Part shown: in pieces, positions 27,608 to 38,078 of the stretch
Layout of the letters: each line of letters starts with the position of its first letter
How positions within the stretch are numbered: the first letter of the stretch is position 1
Assembly (NCBI GenBank): GCA_000830295.1
Contig: CP010425.1
Location: 35,927 to 99,926 of the forward strand
DNA from: an archaeon GW2011_AR15
Lineage (GTDB): Archaea > Nanobdellota > Nanobdellia > Woesearchaeales > GW2011-AR15
Length of the DNA stretch: 64,000 nucleotides
Direction: 5' to 3'
Made by a program: the position numbers and the translations under genes
Notes under the pieces: model-generated
Database searches by the model: none
Told to the model about the DNA's origin: nothing
What the model saw: the letters and a program-made list of their open reading frames with translations, nothing else

Positions 27608-28980
27608 TCTTTTTCCTCTACAAGCTTAAATGAGAACTGGATAAACCTTTTGTACAGCTCCCTGTTGAACATCAGCGTCATCGCGACATAGAGCCCCAGG
27701 CCCAATACTATGAAAAAGACGAGAGAGATTAAGCCTGTTATAGGGAACCATTCCTTCAGCAGCCCCAGAAGGAGGGCAGTTCCCACGCCTGAAAAGAATA
27801 TGTAAAAGTAATCCCTGGAAACTGTCAGTATGTCCAGCCTTGTCAGCTTCTCGGCTGTGCCGAGGTAAAGGAGGGAGCTTGCGACAGAGGATATTGCTGC
27901 TGAGAGCGCAATCCCCTGTATGCCTATCCTGCTGTAAAGGAGGAATGAGAGCAGCACAAGCAGGCCTGACTCTATATATCTTATCCTGTGCATGACGTCC
28001 TGCTTTTCCTCAGTGAAAAACACAAGCCTCGTAACCTCTGCTATGCTCTTCAGCATGCCTGCAAACAGGAACATTATAAAAATCTCTGAAAAATTCCCCC
28101 ATGTAAGGAAATACTGTATAAATTCTTCTGAAAGCACCATGAGGACAAGCGAGCAGGGAACAGCAACAAGGGCAGTGTATTCAATCAGCCTTATCAGGTT
28201 GAATTTGAAGACATCATAGCCCATCTCAGCAAACTTATTCTGGAGATGGCCGGCAAGGAAAAGAGTGATGTTCCTGTATAAGAAAGAGCCTATGACAAAT
28301 GAGATGAAAAGGAAGGAAAACTCCCTGAGGCCTATGAAAAACCCGGTGAGGATAAGCACCACATAGACAAGGTCAATCCCCAGCATGCCTTTCCAGAGCT
28401 GAATTAAAATCCTGTTCAGCTCTGCCCTGTGCTTTTCCAGTTTTATCTTTATCGGGAAGTTTTTCCAGAGCAGGAAGGCTGCAATTGCCTGCACTGCCAG
28501 ATATCCTGCAATAGCTGAGTAAAATCCGAATTTAAAGAGCACAAGCACAGCCATGAGGGGCAGGGCAATCGTATATGCCCTTGAATATGCCCTGTAAACT
28601 TTTTTGGGAGACTTGTCCAGGTAATAGACCTCAGGCATTGTCTTCAGCCCTATGAATATTGCAATGGCTGATGAGAGCATAAATGATATGTAAAGCTGGC
28701 TGGAGACTGAGGAAAGCAGGATCATGATGCCTGCTATTACAATTCCCAGGAATATTGAGATTATGTTCAGGACATTATAGAATTTATTCTCTTCATTTTC
28801 CCCGCTGCTGTGCCTGGCTGTGTCCAGGAAGGATGTCAGAAAAGTCAGCGTCAGCAGGGGGATGAATGCGATTGCGAAATCAGGCCTTGAGAGGAACCTT
28901 GCAAAGAAAAGTATGGCAATTATTTCCAAAGATTTCCAAAGATAGAAATATCCTACCTTGCTTAATTTCCTGGCTGCCAT
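27604..28980 (-). CDS. MOP-superfamily polysaccharide/oligosaccharide flippase (Wzx-like)
   Basis: 458 aa with about 12-14 TM helices. Confidence 0.5.
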   Translation of the reverse strand: MAARKLSKVGYFYLWKSLEIIAILFFARFLSRPDFAIAFIPLLTLTFLTSFLDTARHSSGENEENKFYNVLNIISIFLGIVIAGIMILLSSVSSQLYISFMLSSAIAIFIGLKTMPEVYYLDKSPKKVYRAYSRAYTIALPLMAVLVLFKFGFYSAIAGYLAVQAIAAFLLWKNFPIKIKLEKHRAELNRILIQLWKGMLGIDLVYVVLILTGFFIGLREFSFLFISFVIGSFLYRNITLFLAGHLQNKFAEMGYDVFKFNLIRLIEYTALVAVPCSLVLMVLSEEFIQYFLTWGNFSEIFIMFLFAGMLKSIAEVTRLVFFTEEKQDVMHRIRYIESGLLVLLSFLLYSRIGIQGIALSAAISSVASSLLYLGTAEKLTRLDILTVSRDYFYIFFSGVGTALLLGLLKEWFPITGLISLVFFIVLGLGLYVAMTLMFNRELYKRFIQFSFKLVEEKE

Positions 28981-29020
28981 ATATGCTGATTAAGGGTTAT
29001 TCACTATAAATATTTTTGCA

Positions 29021-29671
29021 TTATTTATTCTCAGCAAAAGCAAATCCCAGCTCTTTTCCTGTCCGGGGGTCTTTGACCCTTGAAGTCATATCCACGCTAT
29101 CTGCAGCAACCGCCAGCTTTTTCGGCGGCCTGCTCTTGTGGTGCACCCTTGCAATTATCTCCTGACCGACAAAGCATCCCTTCTGGTAGGAAACATAATC
29201 CTCTGAGACATTCAGGAGCATCTCGCTGTCATAGTCAATGCCGTGGAGCGGGATATTGTTCTTCAGCCTGAAAAGAGTAAACTCCTCATCTGAAACAGTT
29301 GTTTCCAGCTCTTTTTCTGTAATGACCAGCTGCCCTTTTTTCTGGGGGATTGCGATGCCCTCTCTTATTTTGCCATCCAGGTCAAAATAAACTTTCAGTT
29401 TTGTTTTCCCGGCCTCTGCCTTGACCAGCTTCATGTATTTTTCAATGGCTGCCATGAGCCTGCCGTAGAATTTCGGGTTGATGATGATAAAAAATTCCTC
29501 TCCTTTCCTGAACTGCTCAAACGTGACTATTATCTTTCCAAATCTGTCAAGCAGCGCATTCCTGTCAGCATCCAGGGTATTTGAGGTTACATTTCCCAGA
29601 AGCCTGTCTGCCCTGGTTATTTTCAGGACAAGCTTGTCCAGCCTGTAGATTCTTTCCATCTGATTCTGCAT
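29021..29671 (-). CDS. folate-binding aminomethyltransferase-like protein (YgfZ/GcvT family)
   Basis: The C-terminal KGCFVGQEIIARV matches the YgfZ/GcvT KGCYxGQE motif. Confidence 0.5.
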   Translation of the reverse strand: MQNQMERIYRLDKLVLKITRADRLLGNVTSNTLDADRNALLDRFGKIIVTFEQFRKGEEFFIIINPKFYGRLMAAIEKYMKLVKAEAGKTKLKVYFDLDGKIREGIAIPQKKGQLVITEKELETTVSDEEFTLFRLKNNIPLHGIDYDSEMLLNVSEDYVSYQKGCFVGQEIIARVHHKSRPPKKLAVAADSVDMTSRVKDPRTGKELGFAFAENK

Positions 29672-29752
29672 CCCGTAGAGGGAAAATGGCTGAGCGTTTA
29701 AATAAATTTGTGTAAAAGTTTAAATATGAGAATGAGCATTAAATGGTGCTGA

Positions 29753-30385
29753 ATGGGGTTTATAGCGGCTGCAGTAGAGCATGGCACATTTACAGCAGAT
29801 TACGACAAGTTTCTGAATGATCATTACAACCGTTCCCTCTCCCCGCTTCTAAGGAGGCTTGCCAGAAAAAAAGAGATTATTGACAAGTCTTTTTTTGAGT
29901 CCTGCTATGCGCTCTATTCCCTTGGCCTTGATACAAGCAAAGAAAAAAATGCCGCATTTTACGACAGAGGGTTCTACAGGCTGATAAGGGTAGCGAGGAA
30001 TGTCAATAATATAGGCTACAGAGACAGGATAGAAGAAGCTCATTCGGATTTCCCGATGTGGCTTCTCCCTACTGAGTTTATGAGCAGAACCATGCTTGAA
30101 GCAGAATATGTCTACAGCCTGCTCTACGATACCGACACAGAGCCGGAGATAAGAAGGACCCTTGATAGTGTTTTCCTCGGTTCTTATTATTTCGGCAGGG
30201 GGCGCTACGGGAGCACAGTGCACACCGGCCTCCTTATGATGGAAATAAAGGCAAAGCACGCAATCGGGAGAGACCTGGCTGAGAAATATTTCTACGGCAA
30301 CGGGCTCGATAAGAAACTGAAGCAGATGGCCTTCGACAAAAGGATAGATGAGATTGCTAAAATATATCTGAACAATCAAACATAG
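29753..30385 (+). CDS. hypothetical protein
   Basis: 210-aa ORF, no motif recognised. Confidence 0.35.
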   Translation: MGFIAAAVEHGTFTADYDKFLNDHYNRSLSPLLRRLARKKEIIDKSFFESCYALYSLGLDTSKEKNAAFYDRGFYRLIRVARNVNNIGYRDRIEEAHSDFPMWLLPTEFMSRTMLEAEYVYSLLYDTDTEPEIRRTLDSVFLGSYYFGRGRYGSTVHTGLLMMEIKAKHAIGRDLAEKYFYGNGLDKKLKQMAFDKRIDEIAKIYLNNQT

Positions 30386-30464
30386 CCCCGCAGTTAGGGC
30401 AGAGAACCTTGCAGTGCCTTTCATACATCTCATAGCCGCATCGTACACAGTGCATTTTCTTCAT
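30357..30464 (-). CDS. possible zinc-ribbon mini-protein (35 aa)
   Basis: Translation MKKMHCVRCGYEMYERHCKVLCPNCGAMFDCSDIF gives a CxxC...CxxC arrangement, reminiscent of RpoP-type ribbons. It overlaps the 3' end of the convergent ORF. Confidence 0.25.
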   Translation of the reverse strand: MKKMHCVRCGYEMYERHCKVLCPNCGAMFDCSDIF

Positions 30465-30590
30465 AGATAGAGAAAAGCAGCATTGCAATATAATATTTTT
30501 TAATTTTTAAGTTATCAGAGGGAAGTATCCCTCCGAACCACCCTCTGCTTATTCGAAACTTTTTTAATCTGGAAGGTTATTGGATAGGCT

Positions 30591-31139
30591 ATGAAGATAA
30601 AAATAGGCGTGATGGGCTCTTCTGAAAAAATCAATGATATGACTCTCGTGCGCAGGGCCAGGGAAGTTGGAAAGCATATTGCCAGGCACAACTGCATCCT
30701 TGTAAATGGGGCAACAACAGGTCTGCCTGACCAGGCTGCGCAGGGCGCAAAAGAGGCAGGCGGATTTGTCCTTGGGATTTCCCCGGCCGAGAACATGAAG
30801 GAGCACAAGAAAAGGTACAAGCTTCCTTCAAAAGGATATGACGCAATAATATTCACCGGATTCGGATTCAACCAGAGGAACATCCTCAACATAAGGACTT
30901 CTGATGCCCTTGTTTTCTTAAGGGGCTCTCTGGGAACACTGAATGAGTTCACAATTGCATTTGAGGACGGGAAGGTTATAGGCGTCCTGGAAAACATGGG
31001 CGGGATATCCAGCTTCTTTGACGAGCTTATCCAGCTTACAAAAAAGAAGACAGGAGCAAAGATAATCTACGAGGCAGACCCAAAAATTCTCATCAGCAGG
31101 CTTGTAAAGGAAGTAAAAGCAAGAGACAGCCGGCGCTGA
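30591..31139 (+). CDS. LOG/TIGR00725-family Rossmann-fold protein
   Basis: KIGVMGSS...GATTGLP and the GSLGTLNEF motif typical of the LOG/YvdD/TIGR00725 fold. Confidence 0.55.
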   Translation: MKIKIGVMGSSEKINDMTLVRRAREVGKHIARHNCILVNGATTGLPDQAAQGAKEAGGFVLGISPAENMKEHKKRYKLPSKGYDAIIFTGFGFNQRNILNIRTSDALVFLRGSLGTLNEFTIAFEDGKVIGVLENMGGISSFFDELIQLTKKKTGAKIIYEADPKILISRLVKEVKARDSRR

Positions 31140-31312
31140 TGTGTCCTAAACAACAGAAATAATTATAAACAAAAAAATATATCTCCTTATTTTCAGAATG
31201 AGCAATACAGGCTGTTCTGAAAAAATTTCTCAGGCACTTTGCTTTGTTCATCGCGTTAAGTCAGCAGGTTAGGGAATAAAATAAGGGGGTAGCAGCTCTT
31301 CAGGGAGAGTGA

Positions 31313-32239
<927 letters not shown>

Positions 32240-32240
32240 A

Positions 32241-32696
32241 ATGGCAGAAGAAAAAGTCGTGAAGATGGCTGTAACTGCGCTGAAAGAGGGTACTGTGATA
32301 GACCACGTACCTGCGGGCCAGGTTTTCAAGGTTGTTGATGTCATGAACCTCTATGAGTACAAGAAGGCGCTGAGGATCGGCATGTATCTTGACAGCAAAA
32401 CCTATGGAAAAAAAGATATCCTGAAGATTGAGGACAGGTATCTCACCCAGGACGAGGCCAATATGATTGCGCTAATAGCGCCGAATGCCACGATAAACAT
32501 AATCAAGGACTGGAAGGTCGCAAAGAAAATACAGGTCTCTGTCCCAGATGTTGTGACAGGGCTGAGGTGCGGCAACCCGAGATGCATAACAAGGTATGAT
32601 AAAATAAAGACCGTGTTCAGCGTGCTGGACAAAAAAACCCTGAAAGTAAGGTGCCACTACTGCGAGCATGTTTTCGGGAAAGAGGAAGTGATCTGA
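32241..32696 (+). CDS. pyrI: aspartate carbamoyltransferase regulatory subunit
   Basis: C-terminal zinc domain CGNPRC...CHYCEH. Lies immediately after pyrB. Confidence 0.85.
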   Translation: MAEEKVVKMAVTALKEGTVIDHVPAGQVFKVVDVMNLYEYKKALRIGMYLDSKTYGKKDILKIEDRYLTQDEANMIALIAPNATINIIKDWKVAKKIQVSVPDVVTGLRCGNPRCITRYDKIKTVFSVLDKKTLKVRCHYCEHVFGKEEVI

Positions 32697-33601
32697 TGAA
32701 AAAAGATTTCCTGAAGATGACCGACCTGACATCTCAGGAGCTGAAAGAAGTTATTGAGCTGGCTGTCCGGATAAAAAAAAATCCTGAGAAGTATTCCAAG
32801 AGTCTTTCCGGTAAAACTTTGCTGATGATTTTCGCCAAGCCTTCACTGAGGACAAGGGTGAGCTTTGAGACAGGCATGACAAAGTTAGGGGGGCATGCAA
32901 TATATTATGACATTGCGACTTCTCCTCTCGGCAGGGGCGAGACAATAGCTGATACTGCAAAGTGCTCTTCGCGCTATGTTGATATTATCTCTGCCAGGCT
33001 GTTTGAGCATGCTGATATTGTTGAACTGGCTAAGAATTCAGATGCCCCTGTCATAAACATGCTTACAAATCTTACACACCCGTGCCAGGGGCTTGCTGAT
33101 TTGATGACAATTAAGGAAAAGAAAGGAAAGCTGGAAGGGCTTAAGCTGGCATACCTGGGCGACGGGAACAATAATGTAACCCATTCTCTCCTGCTTGGCT
33201 GCGCTTTGAGCGGGATTAATATTTCTGTTGCAAGCCCCGAGGGAATGATGCCTGATGCTTCAATTGTTGCAGAGGCAAAGAAATTGGGAAAGGTTGTGAT
33301 TACGCATAATGCCGGGGAAGCGGCAAAAGACGCAGATGTCATTGTCACAGACACATGGATGAGCTACCACATCAGGCCCGAGAAAAAAGAAGAAAGGGTG
33401 AAAAAATTCAGGCCATACCAGGTCAATTCCAAGATAATGAAGCTGGCAAAGAAGGATGCCATTTTCATGCACTGCCTTCCTGCCTACAGGGATTATGAAG
33501 TAACTGCAGAGGTCATAGACGGCCCCCAGTCAGTTGTTTTTGACGAGGCAGAAAACAGGATGTGGACTGAGATGGCGCTTATGGTTGCACTGCTAAAATG
33601 A
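32696..33601 (+). CDS. ornithine-carbamoyltransferase-family enzyme with atypical substrate loop
   Basis: SLRTR, HPCQ, LGDGNNNVTHS and HCLPAY place it in the OTC-like clade. The canonical DxWxSMG loop reads TDTWMSYH. The ATG overlaps the pyrI stop by 1 nt. Confidence 0.65.
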   Translation: MKKDFLKMTDLTSQELKEVIELAVRIKKNPEKYSKSLSGKTLLMIFAKPSLRTRVSFETGMTKLGGHAIYYDIATSPLGRGETIADTAKCSSRYVDIISARLFEHADIVELAKNSDAPVINMLTNLTHPCQGLADLMTIKEKKGKLEGLKLAYLGDGNNNVTHSLLLGCALSGINISVASPEGMMPDASIVAEAKKLGKVVITHNAGEAAKDADVIVTDTWMSYHIRPEKKEERVKKFRPYQVNSKIMKLAKKDAIFMHCLPAYRDYEVTAEVIDGPQSVVFDEAENRMWTEMALMVALLK

Positions 33602-34818
33602 TAATAAAGGGCGGGAATGTTTTTCTTGACAGCAGGTTTGTTAAGAGGGATCTTTTTATTTCAGGGGAAAAGATAGTTTCTTCTTCATCCGGTGAAGTTA
33701 TAGATGCTTCAGGAAAATATGTTGTGCCCGGCCTGGTTGACATGCATGTACATTTCCGAGATTTTGGCGAGGAGCATAAGGAAGATTGGAGGAGCGGCTC
33801 TGAGGCTGCTCTTGCTGGAGGGATTACGACTGTGTTTGACATGCCCAACAATAAGGTTCCGATAACTTCTAAAAAGCTTTTAGATCAAAAGAGAGACAAA
33901 GTTTCTTCCAAAGCCCTTGTTGATTTTGAGCTATATATTTCTGTGAACAATTCCAATGTTGATGAGATTAATGAGAACAAAATTAAATTTGTCAAGCTGT
34001 ATTACGGCCATACAACAGGGGATAATAAGGTTGATGATGCCGGGGATATCTTCAAGAGAATCTCAAAGGATATTGTGATAGTTGTCCATGCCGAGGATAA
34101 CAGGGTGATGGAGGAGAACAGGAAGAAGTTTGATGTTTCAGAGAAGAGATATCATTCTCTGGTCAGGGATAATAAAGCAGAATACACTGCTGTAAAGGAT
34201 TTGATTGGGTTTGCTGAGAGGTATGGCAATAAACTGCATATTACCCATGTGAGCTGCAAGGAATCTGCTGAAATGATAAAAAATGCTAAGAAGAGAGGAG
34301 TTAAGGTTACCTGTGATACCTGTCCGCACTATCTTTTTTTAGATGATTCGCTTTATGATAAGATAGGGAACAGGGCAAAGGTAAACCCTGCCCTGAAGTC
34401 TGGAGAAGACAGAGAAGCATTGTGGAAATATCTGAATGACGGAACAATAGATTGTGTGTGTAGTGATCATGCGCCACATACATTGGAGGAGAAAAACAGG
34501 GATTATGAGAATTGCCCTTCCGGCTTTCCCGGAGTCGAGACAACACTGCCTTTAATGCTCACTGCTGTAAATGAGGGAAAGATAAAGCTTGAAGATTTTA
34601 TTCCAAAGATGACAACAGCGCCTGCAAAGATATTCGGCCTGGAGAGAAAAGGACAGCTTAAAGAAGGTTTTGATGCTGACGTTGTTATTATTGATTTGAA
34701 CAAGGAAGGAGCTATCTCCGGCAACAAATTGCAGACAAAGGTTAAGTGGAGTCCGTTTGAGGGGATGAAAACACAGGGGAGTAGCGTTAGAGTAATTATT
34801 ACTGACAAAGTATATTAG
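33598..34818 (+). CDS. pyrC: dihydroorotase
   Basis: Amidohydrolase metal motif DMHVHFR. 406 aa within the pyr cluster. Confidence 0.75.
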   Translation: MIIKGGNVFLDSRFVKRDLFISGEKIVSSSSGEVIDASGKYVVPGLVDMHVHFRDFGEEHKEDWRSGSEAALAGGITTVFDMPNNKVPITSKKLLDQKRDKVSSKALVDFELYISVNNSNVDEINENKIKFVKLYYGHTTGDNKVDDAGDIFKRISKDIVIVVHAEDNRVMEENRKKFDVSEKRYHSLVRDNKAEYTAVKDLIGFAERYGNKLHITHVSCKESAEMIKNAKKRGVKVTCDTCPHYLFLDDSLYDKIGNRAKVNPALKSGEDREALWKYLNDGTIDCVCSDHAPHTLEEKNRDYENCPSGFPGVETTLPLMLTAVNEGKIKLEDFIPKMTTAPAKIFGLERKGQLKEGFDADVVIIDLNKEGAISGNKLQTKVKWSPFEGMKTQGSSVRVIITDKVY

Positions 34819-34828
34819 AGCAAAACGG

Positions 34829-35383
34829 CTACGCAGTAATCCTGCTGTTTCTCAGAGCATTCTGGTACCAAGCTAGATTCGCACTAATGAGCTGGCTGTT
34901 TTGTTCCGATGGTAGCTTTAATACATCAACGCCATATTTCCCCAAAACATAAAACGCCCCTATATCAGCAACCAGTTCTTTTTCATCGTGAGAGCATTTT
35001 TCAAAATGCTCATATCCACTAAGTTCTATATCAAGTCCTTTCTGCTCTAGTTTTTCCTGGAGCAGATAGATTTGCCCTATCGCGTGCAGGACATGAGCCT
35101 GCTCATGCCCAAGCCTGTATAGGTTAGTTATGTTGCTGGCAGAATACTGGTAGAAAGCAATCCATATTGTATTATTGTCTAAAGTTAAAGACATAACTCT
35201 TGCCCCTGGTTTTTCATGCCTGTATTTTTCCAGCTCTTTCTCTATCCCTTCTTCAGAGCCCATCCACATTTTGTACACTTGTTTTGTAAACTCTGTGACA
35301 TCAGGGACAAAGCCAAGATCCAGATAAGCATGGTTCTCTCTCTGCACTGTTATTCCTAAAGCTGTCAGTTGAATATCAGTCAT
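34829..35383 (-). CDS. hypothetical protein with HExxH motif
   Basis: An HEQAH zinc-metallopeptidase-like motif lies inside GHEQAHVLHAIG. Confidence 0.35.
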   Translation of the reverse strand: MTDIQLTALGITVQRENHAYLDLGFVPDVTEFTKQVYKMWMGSEEGIEKELEKYRHEKPGARVMSLTLDNNTIWIAFYQYSASNITNLYRLGHEQAHVLHAIGQIYLLQEKLEQKGLDIELSGYEHFEKCSHDEKELVADIGAFYVLGKYGVDVLKLPSEQNSQLISANLAWYQNALRNSRITA

Positions 35384-35430
35384 AACCAGGCAAAAACAAC
35401 TGCAATTTATAAATATTATTGTTTTAGTTA

Positions 35431-36501
35431 CTACTCAGTACTAACATCTATCCCGACAGCCTCTCTGACATTCCTGAAGCCGTCCCTCTTCAGAAATCCC
35501 ACAATCCCTCTGTTTATGTTTTTAGCCATCATAGGCCCTTCATAAATAAACCCGGTATAGACCTGGACCAAAGAAGCGCCTGCCTTAATCTTCTCATAAG
35601 CATCCTCTGCTGTGAACACTCCGCCTACTCCGATAATAGGCAGCTTCCCTTTTGTCTTCTTATAGATATGCCTGATAAACTCTGTTGCTGTCCTTGTCAA
35701 TGGCCTGCCGCTCAACCCTCCGGCCTCATTTATTTTAGTCCTCAGCCCTTTCCTCGAAACTGTGCCGTTGACAGCTATCACGCCTGATATTTTTGTCTGC
35801 ATGCACACATCAACAAATTCATCCAGCTCTTCCCACGTCAGGTCAGGCGAGACCTTGACGAACAGGGGCTTATTCTTCCTGTTGGCCTTCTGCAGTGTTT
35901 TTATTATTTTCAATAAACTGCTCTTGTCCTGCAGCTTCCTCAGCCCCTGTGTATTAGGGGAGGAAACATTTATTGTCATGAAATCAGCAAAATCATAGAG
36001 CTTCTCATAGGTATAGAGATAATCCAAATAAGCCTCTTCAAGGGAGGTGTCTTTTGATTTCCCGATATTGAGCCCGACTATGAGCCTCTTATGTTTCACA
36101 GCTCTTAATTTCCCGGCTGCCCTGTCCGCGCCCATGTTGTTGAAGCCCATCCTGTTTATCAGGGCAAGGTCCTTCGGTAGCCTGAATATCCTCGGCTTCT
36201 CATTTCCCGGCTGCTCATTCCTTGTTATTGCGCCTACCTCAATGTGGCCGAAGCCAAGGGAGGGCATAATCTCTATCAGCCTGCATTCCTTGTCAAAGCC
36301 TGCAGCTATGCCCATGGGATTGTCAAACTTCATGCCTGCGACCTCTGTCCTCAGCATCGGATGGGAGTAGCCATAGAGTGATTTCAGCAGGCGTCTGGTC
36401 AGGGCAAATTTCCCGAAAAAAGAGAGTGAAGACGAGACAAAACCATGGATTTTTTCAGGGTCGGCTTTGAAAAGAATCGGCCTTATAATAGCTTTATACA
36501 T
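35431..36501 (-). CDS. pyrD: dihydroorotate dehydrogenase (class 2-like)
   Basis: DHOD barrel motifs GIAAGFDK, GFGHIEVG, NVSSPNT and GVGG. The start is trimmed to MYKAII. Confidence 0.8.
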   Translation of the reverse strand: MYKAIIRPILFKADPEKIHGFVSSSLSFFGKFALTRRLLKSLYGYSHPMLRTEVAGMKFDNPMGIAAGFDKECRLIEIMPSLGFGHIEVGAITRNEQPGNEKPRIFRLPKDLALINRMGFNNMGADRAAGKLRAVKHKRLIVGLNIGKSKDTSLEEAYLDYLYTYEKLYDFADFMTINVSSPNTQGLRKLQDKSSLLKIIKTLQKANRKNKPLFVKVSPDLTWEELDEFVDVCMQTKISGVIAVNGTVSRKGLRTKINEAGGLSGRPLTRTATEFIRHIYKKTKGKLPIIGVGGVFTAEDAYEKIKAGASLVQVYTGFIYEGPMMAKNINRGIVGFLKRDGFRNVREAVGIDVSTE

Positions 36502-36586
36502 GCTAAAATGATAATAAGCCCAAGGTAGTATATATAATTGATTGTTGGATAAAAAATATAAACTAAGGATTTTTACCTTATCCCAA

Positions 36587-37228
36587 ATGAAAGAGAGAGT
36601 CGCTGAGATACTTCTTAAGATAAAAGCTGTCGAGATATGCCCAAACAGCCCTTTCACGTACACATCAGGCATGATAAGCCCGATCTACATAGACAACAGG
36701 AAGATAATCTCCTATCCTGAAGAGAGAAGAAAGATACTTGAAGACCTGTGCGTCCTGATAGGCTCCCTCAATATAAAATTTGATGTGATTGCAGGAGTGG
36801 CGACAGCAGGCATACACTGGGCAGCATGGCTCTCAGAAAAATACAACAAGCCCATGGTATACATAAGGGACAGCGCAAAGGGCCATGGAAAGCAGAACCA
36901 GATCGAAGGCTATCTGGAAAAAGGAAAGAAAGTCCTTGTCATAGAGGACCACATAAGCACAGGCGGAAGCTCAATAGCTGCTGTGAAGGCTGTAAGGGAG
37001 TTTGGCTGCGAAGTGACTGACTGCATTGCAATAACAACATATGAATTCAGGGAAGCAAAGGAAAAATTTGATGAGGAAAAATGCGGCCTGCATACGCTGA
37101 CTGATTTCACGACCCTGATAAAGACAGCTGCTGAAAAGGGATATATCAGCAGTGAAGACGAGAAAAAAGTGCTGGAATGGAATAAATCCCCCCAGAAATG
37201 GGGAAAAAAGCACGGCTTTGAAAAATGA
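36587..37228 (+). CDS. pyrE: orotate phosphoribosyltransferase
   Basis: PRPP-binding motif VLVIEDHISTGGS. The start is taken at MKERV. Confidence 0.8.
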   Translation: MKERVAEILLKIKAVEICPNSPFTYTSGMISPIYIDNRKIISYPEERRKILEDLCVLIGSLNIKFDVIAGVATAGIHWAAWLSEKYNKPMVYIRDSAKGHGKQNQIEGYLEKGKKVLVIEDHISTGGSSIAAVKAVREFGCEVTDCIAITTYEFREAKEKFDEEKCGLHTLTDFTTLIKTAAEKGYISSEDEKKVLEWNKSPQKWGKKHGFEK

Positions 37229-38043
37229 GCTATCTTGACATCCTGAAAGAGAAAGCAGAAGAAGCAAACAGCATCCTCTGCTTCGGCATTGACCCTGTGC
37301 TTGAGAAGATGCCTGAGAAAGATATTGTAAACTTCTATTCAGACATATTTAACGCTATGGAAGGCGAGGATGTTTCTGTCCCATCAGTAAAGCCGAACAT
37401 TGCATTCTTTGAACAGTACGGACTGGAGGGATTATCCTCATTAAAGAAATTGCTTGAAGACATAAAAAAAAGAGACATCAGCATCATACTTGACGCAAAG
37501 AGGGGAGACATAGGGACAACAGCAAAGGCCTATGCAAAATCTGTTTTTGAATACTGGCAGGCAGATGCAGTAACCCTTCACCCCTATCTCGGCCATGATT
37601 CAATATCTCCCTTCCTTGAATACAAAAACAAGGGCGCATATGTGCTCAACAGGACTTCCAACAAAAGTGCTGTTGAGGTGCAGGATCTGAAATCAGACGG
37701 CAAGCCTGTCTATGAAAAAGTCTCTGAATTAATACTGAAATGGCATTCTCCCGGGCTTGGCTCTGTAATAGGCGCAACATATCCTAAAGAGCTTGAGCAT
37801 CTCTCAAATTTATTTGTAAAATCAGGAAAACAGGTGCCATTATTGATCCCCGGAGTCGGAAGCCAGGGAGGAAGCGCTGAGGAGGTTGTTTCCATTCTGA
37901 AAAAGACAAACAATCCTCTTTGGCTGCACAGGGTCAACAGCTCTTCGGGCATAAGCTATGCCTATCTGGAAAAAGACACTGGTGATTATGCAGGCGCGGC
38001 TGTTAAAGAGATGAAAAGGCTGAATAAAATTCTGAAATTATAG
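37225..38043 (+). CDS. pyrF: orotidine 5'-phosphate decarboxylase (type 2)
   Basis: DAKRGDIGTT motif. 272 aa. ATGA overlap with pyrE. Confidence 0.8.
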   Translation: MSYLDILKEKAEEANSILCFGIDPVLEKMPEKDIVNFYSDIFNAMEGEDVSVPSVKPNIAFFEQYGLEGLSSLKKLLEDIKKRDISIILDAKRGDIGTTAKAYAKSVFEYWQADAVTLHPYLGHDSISPFLEYKNKGAYVLNRTSNKSAVEVQDLKSDGKPVYEKVSELILKWHSPGLGSVIGATYPKELEHLSNLFVKSGKQVPLLIPGVGSQGGSAEEVVSILKKTNNPLWLHRVNSSSGISYAYLEKDTGDYAGAAVKEMKRLNKILKL

Positions 38044-38078
38044 AAAGGCTTAAATAATACTACCTTTCAATAGTAACA

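Noticed and set aside
28923-28942. Tandem 10-bp duplication ATTTCCAAAG x2 inside the flippase gene
   Set aside because: It lies within an intact reading frame (encodes LWKSLEI) with only two copies. Most likely a trivial local duplication, not a repeat element.
29849-30448. 199-aa minus-strand ORF covering the hypothetical gene 29753..30385
   Set aside because: Shadow of the plus-strand ORF. Only its last 35 codons in a different frame (the zinc-ribbon mini-ORF) look plausible.
30516-30547. Hairpin CAGAGGG-N18-CCCTCTG with a nested GGGA/TCCC pair upstream of the LOG-family gene
   Set aside because: Short, GC-poor stem with no flanking T-tract and no second copy in the window. Insufficient to call a regulatory RNA or terminator.
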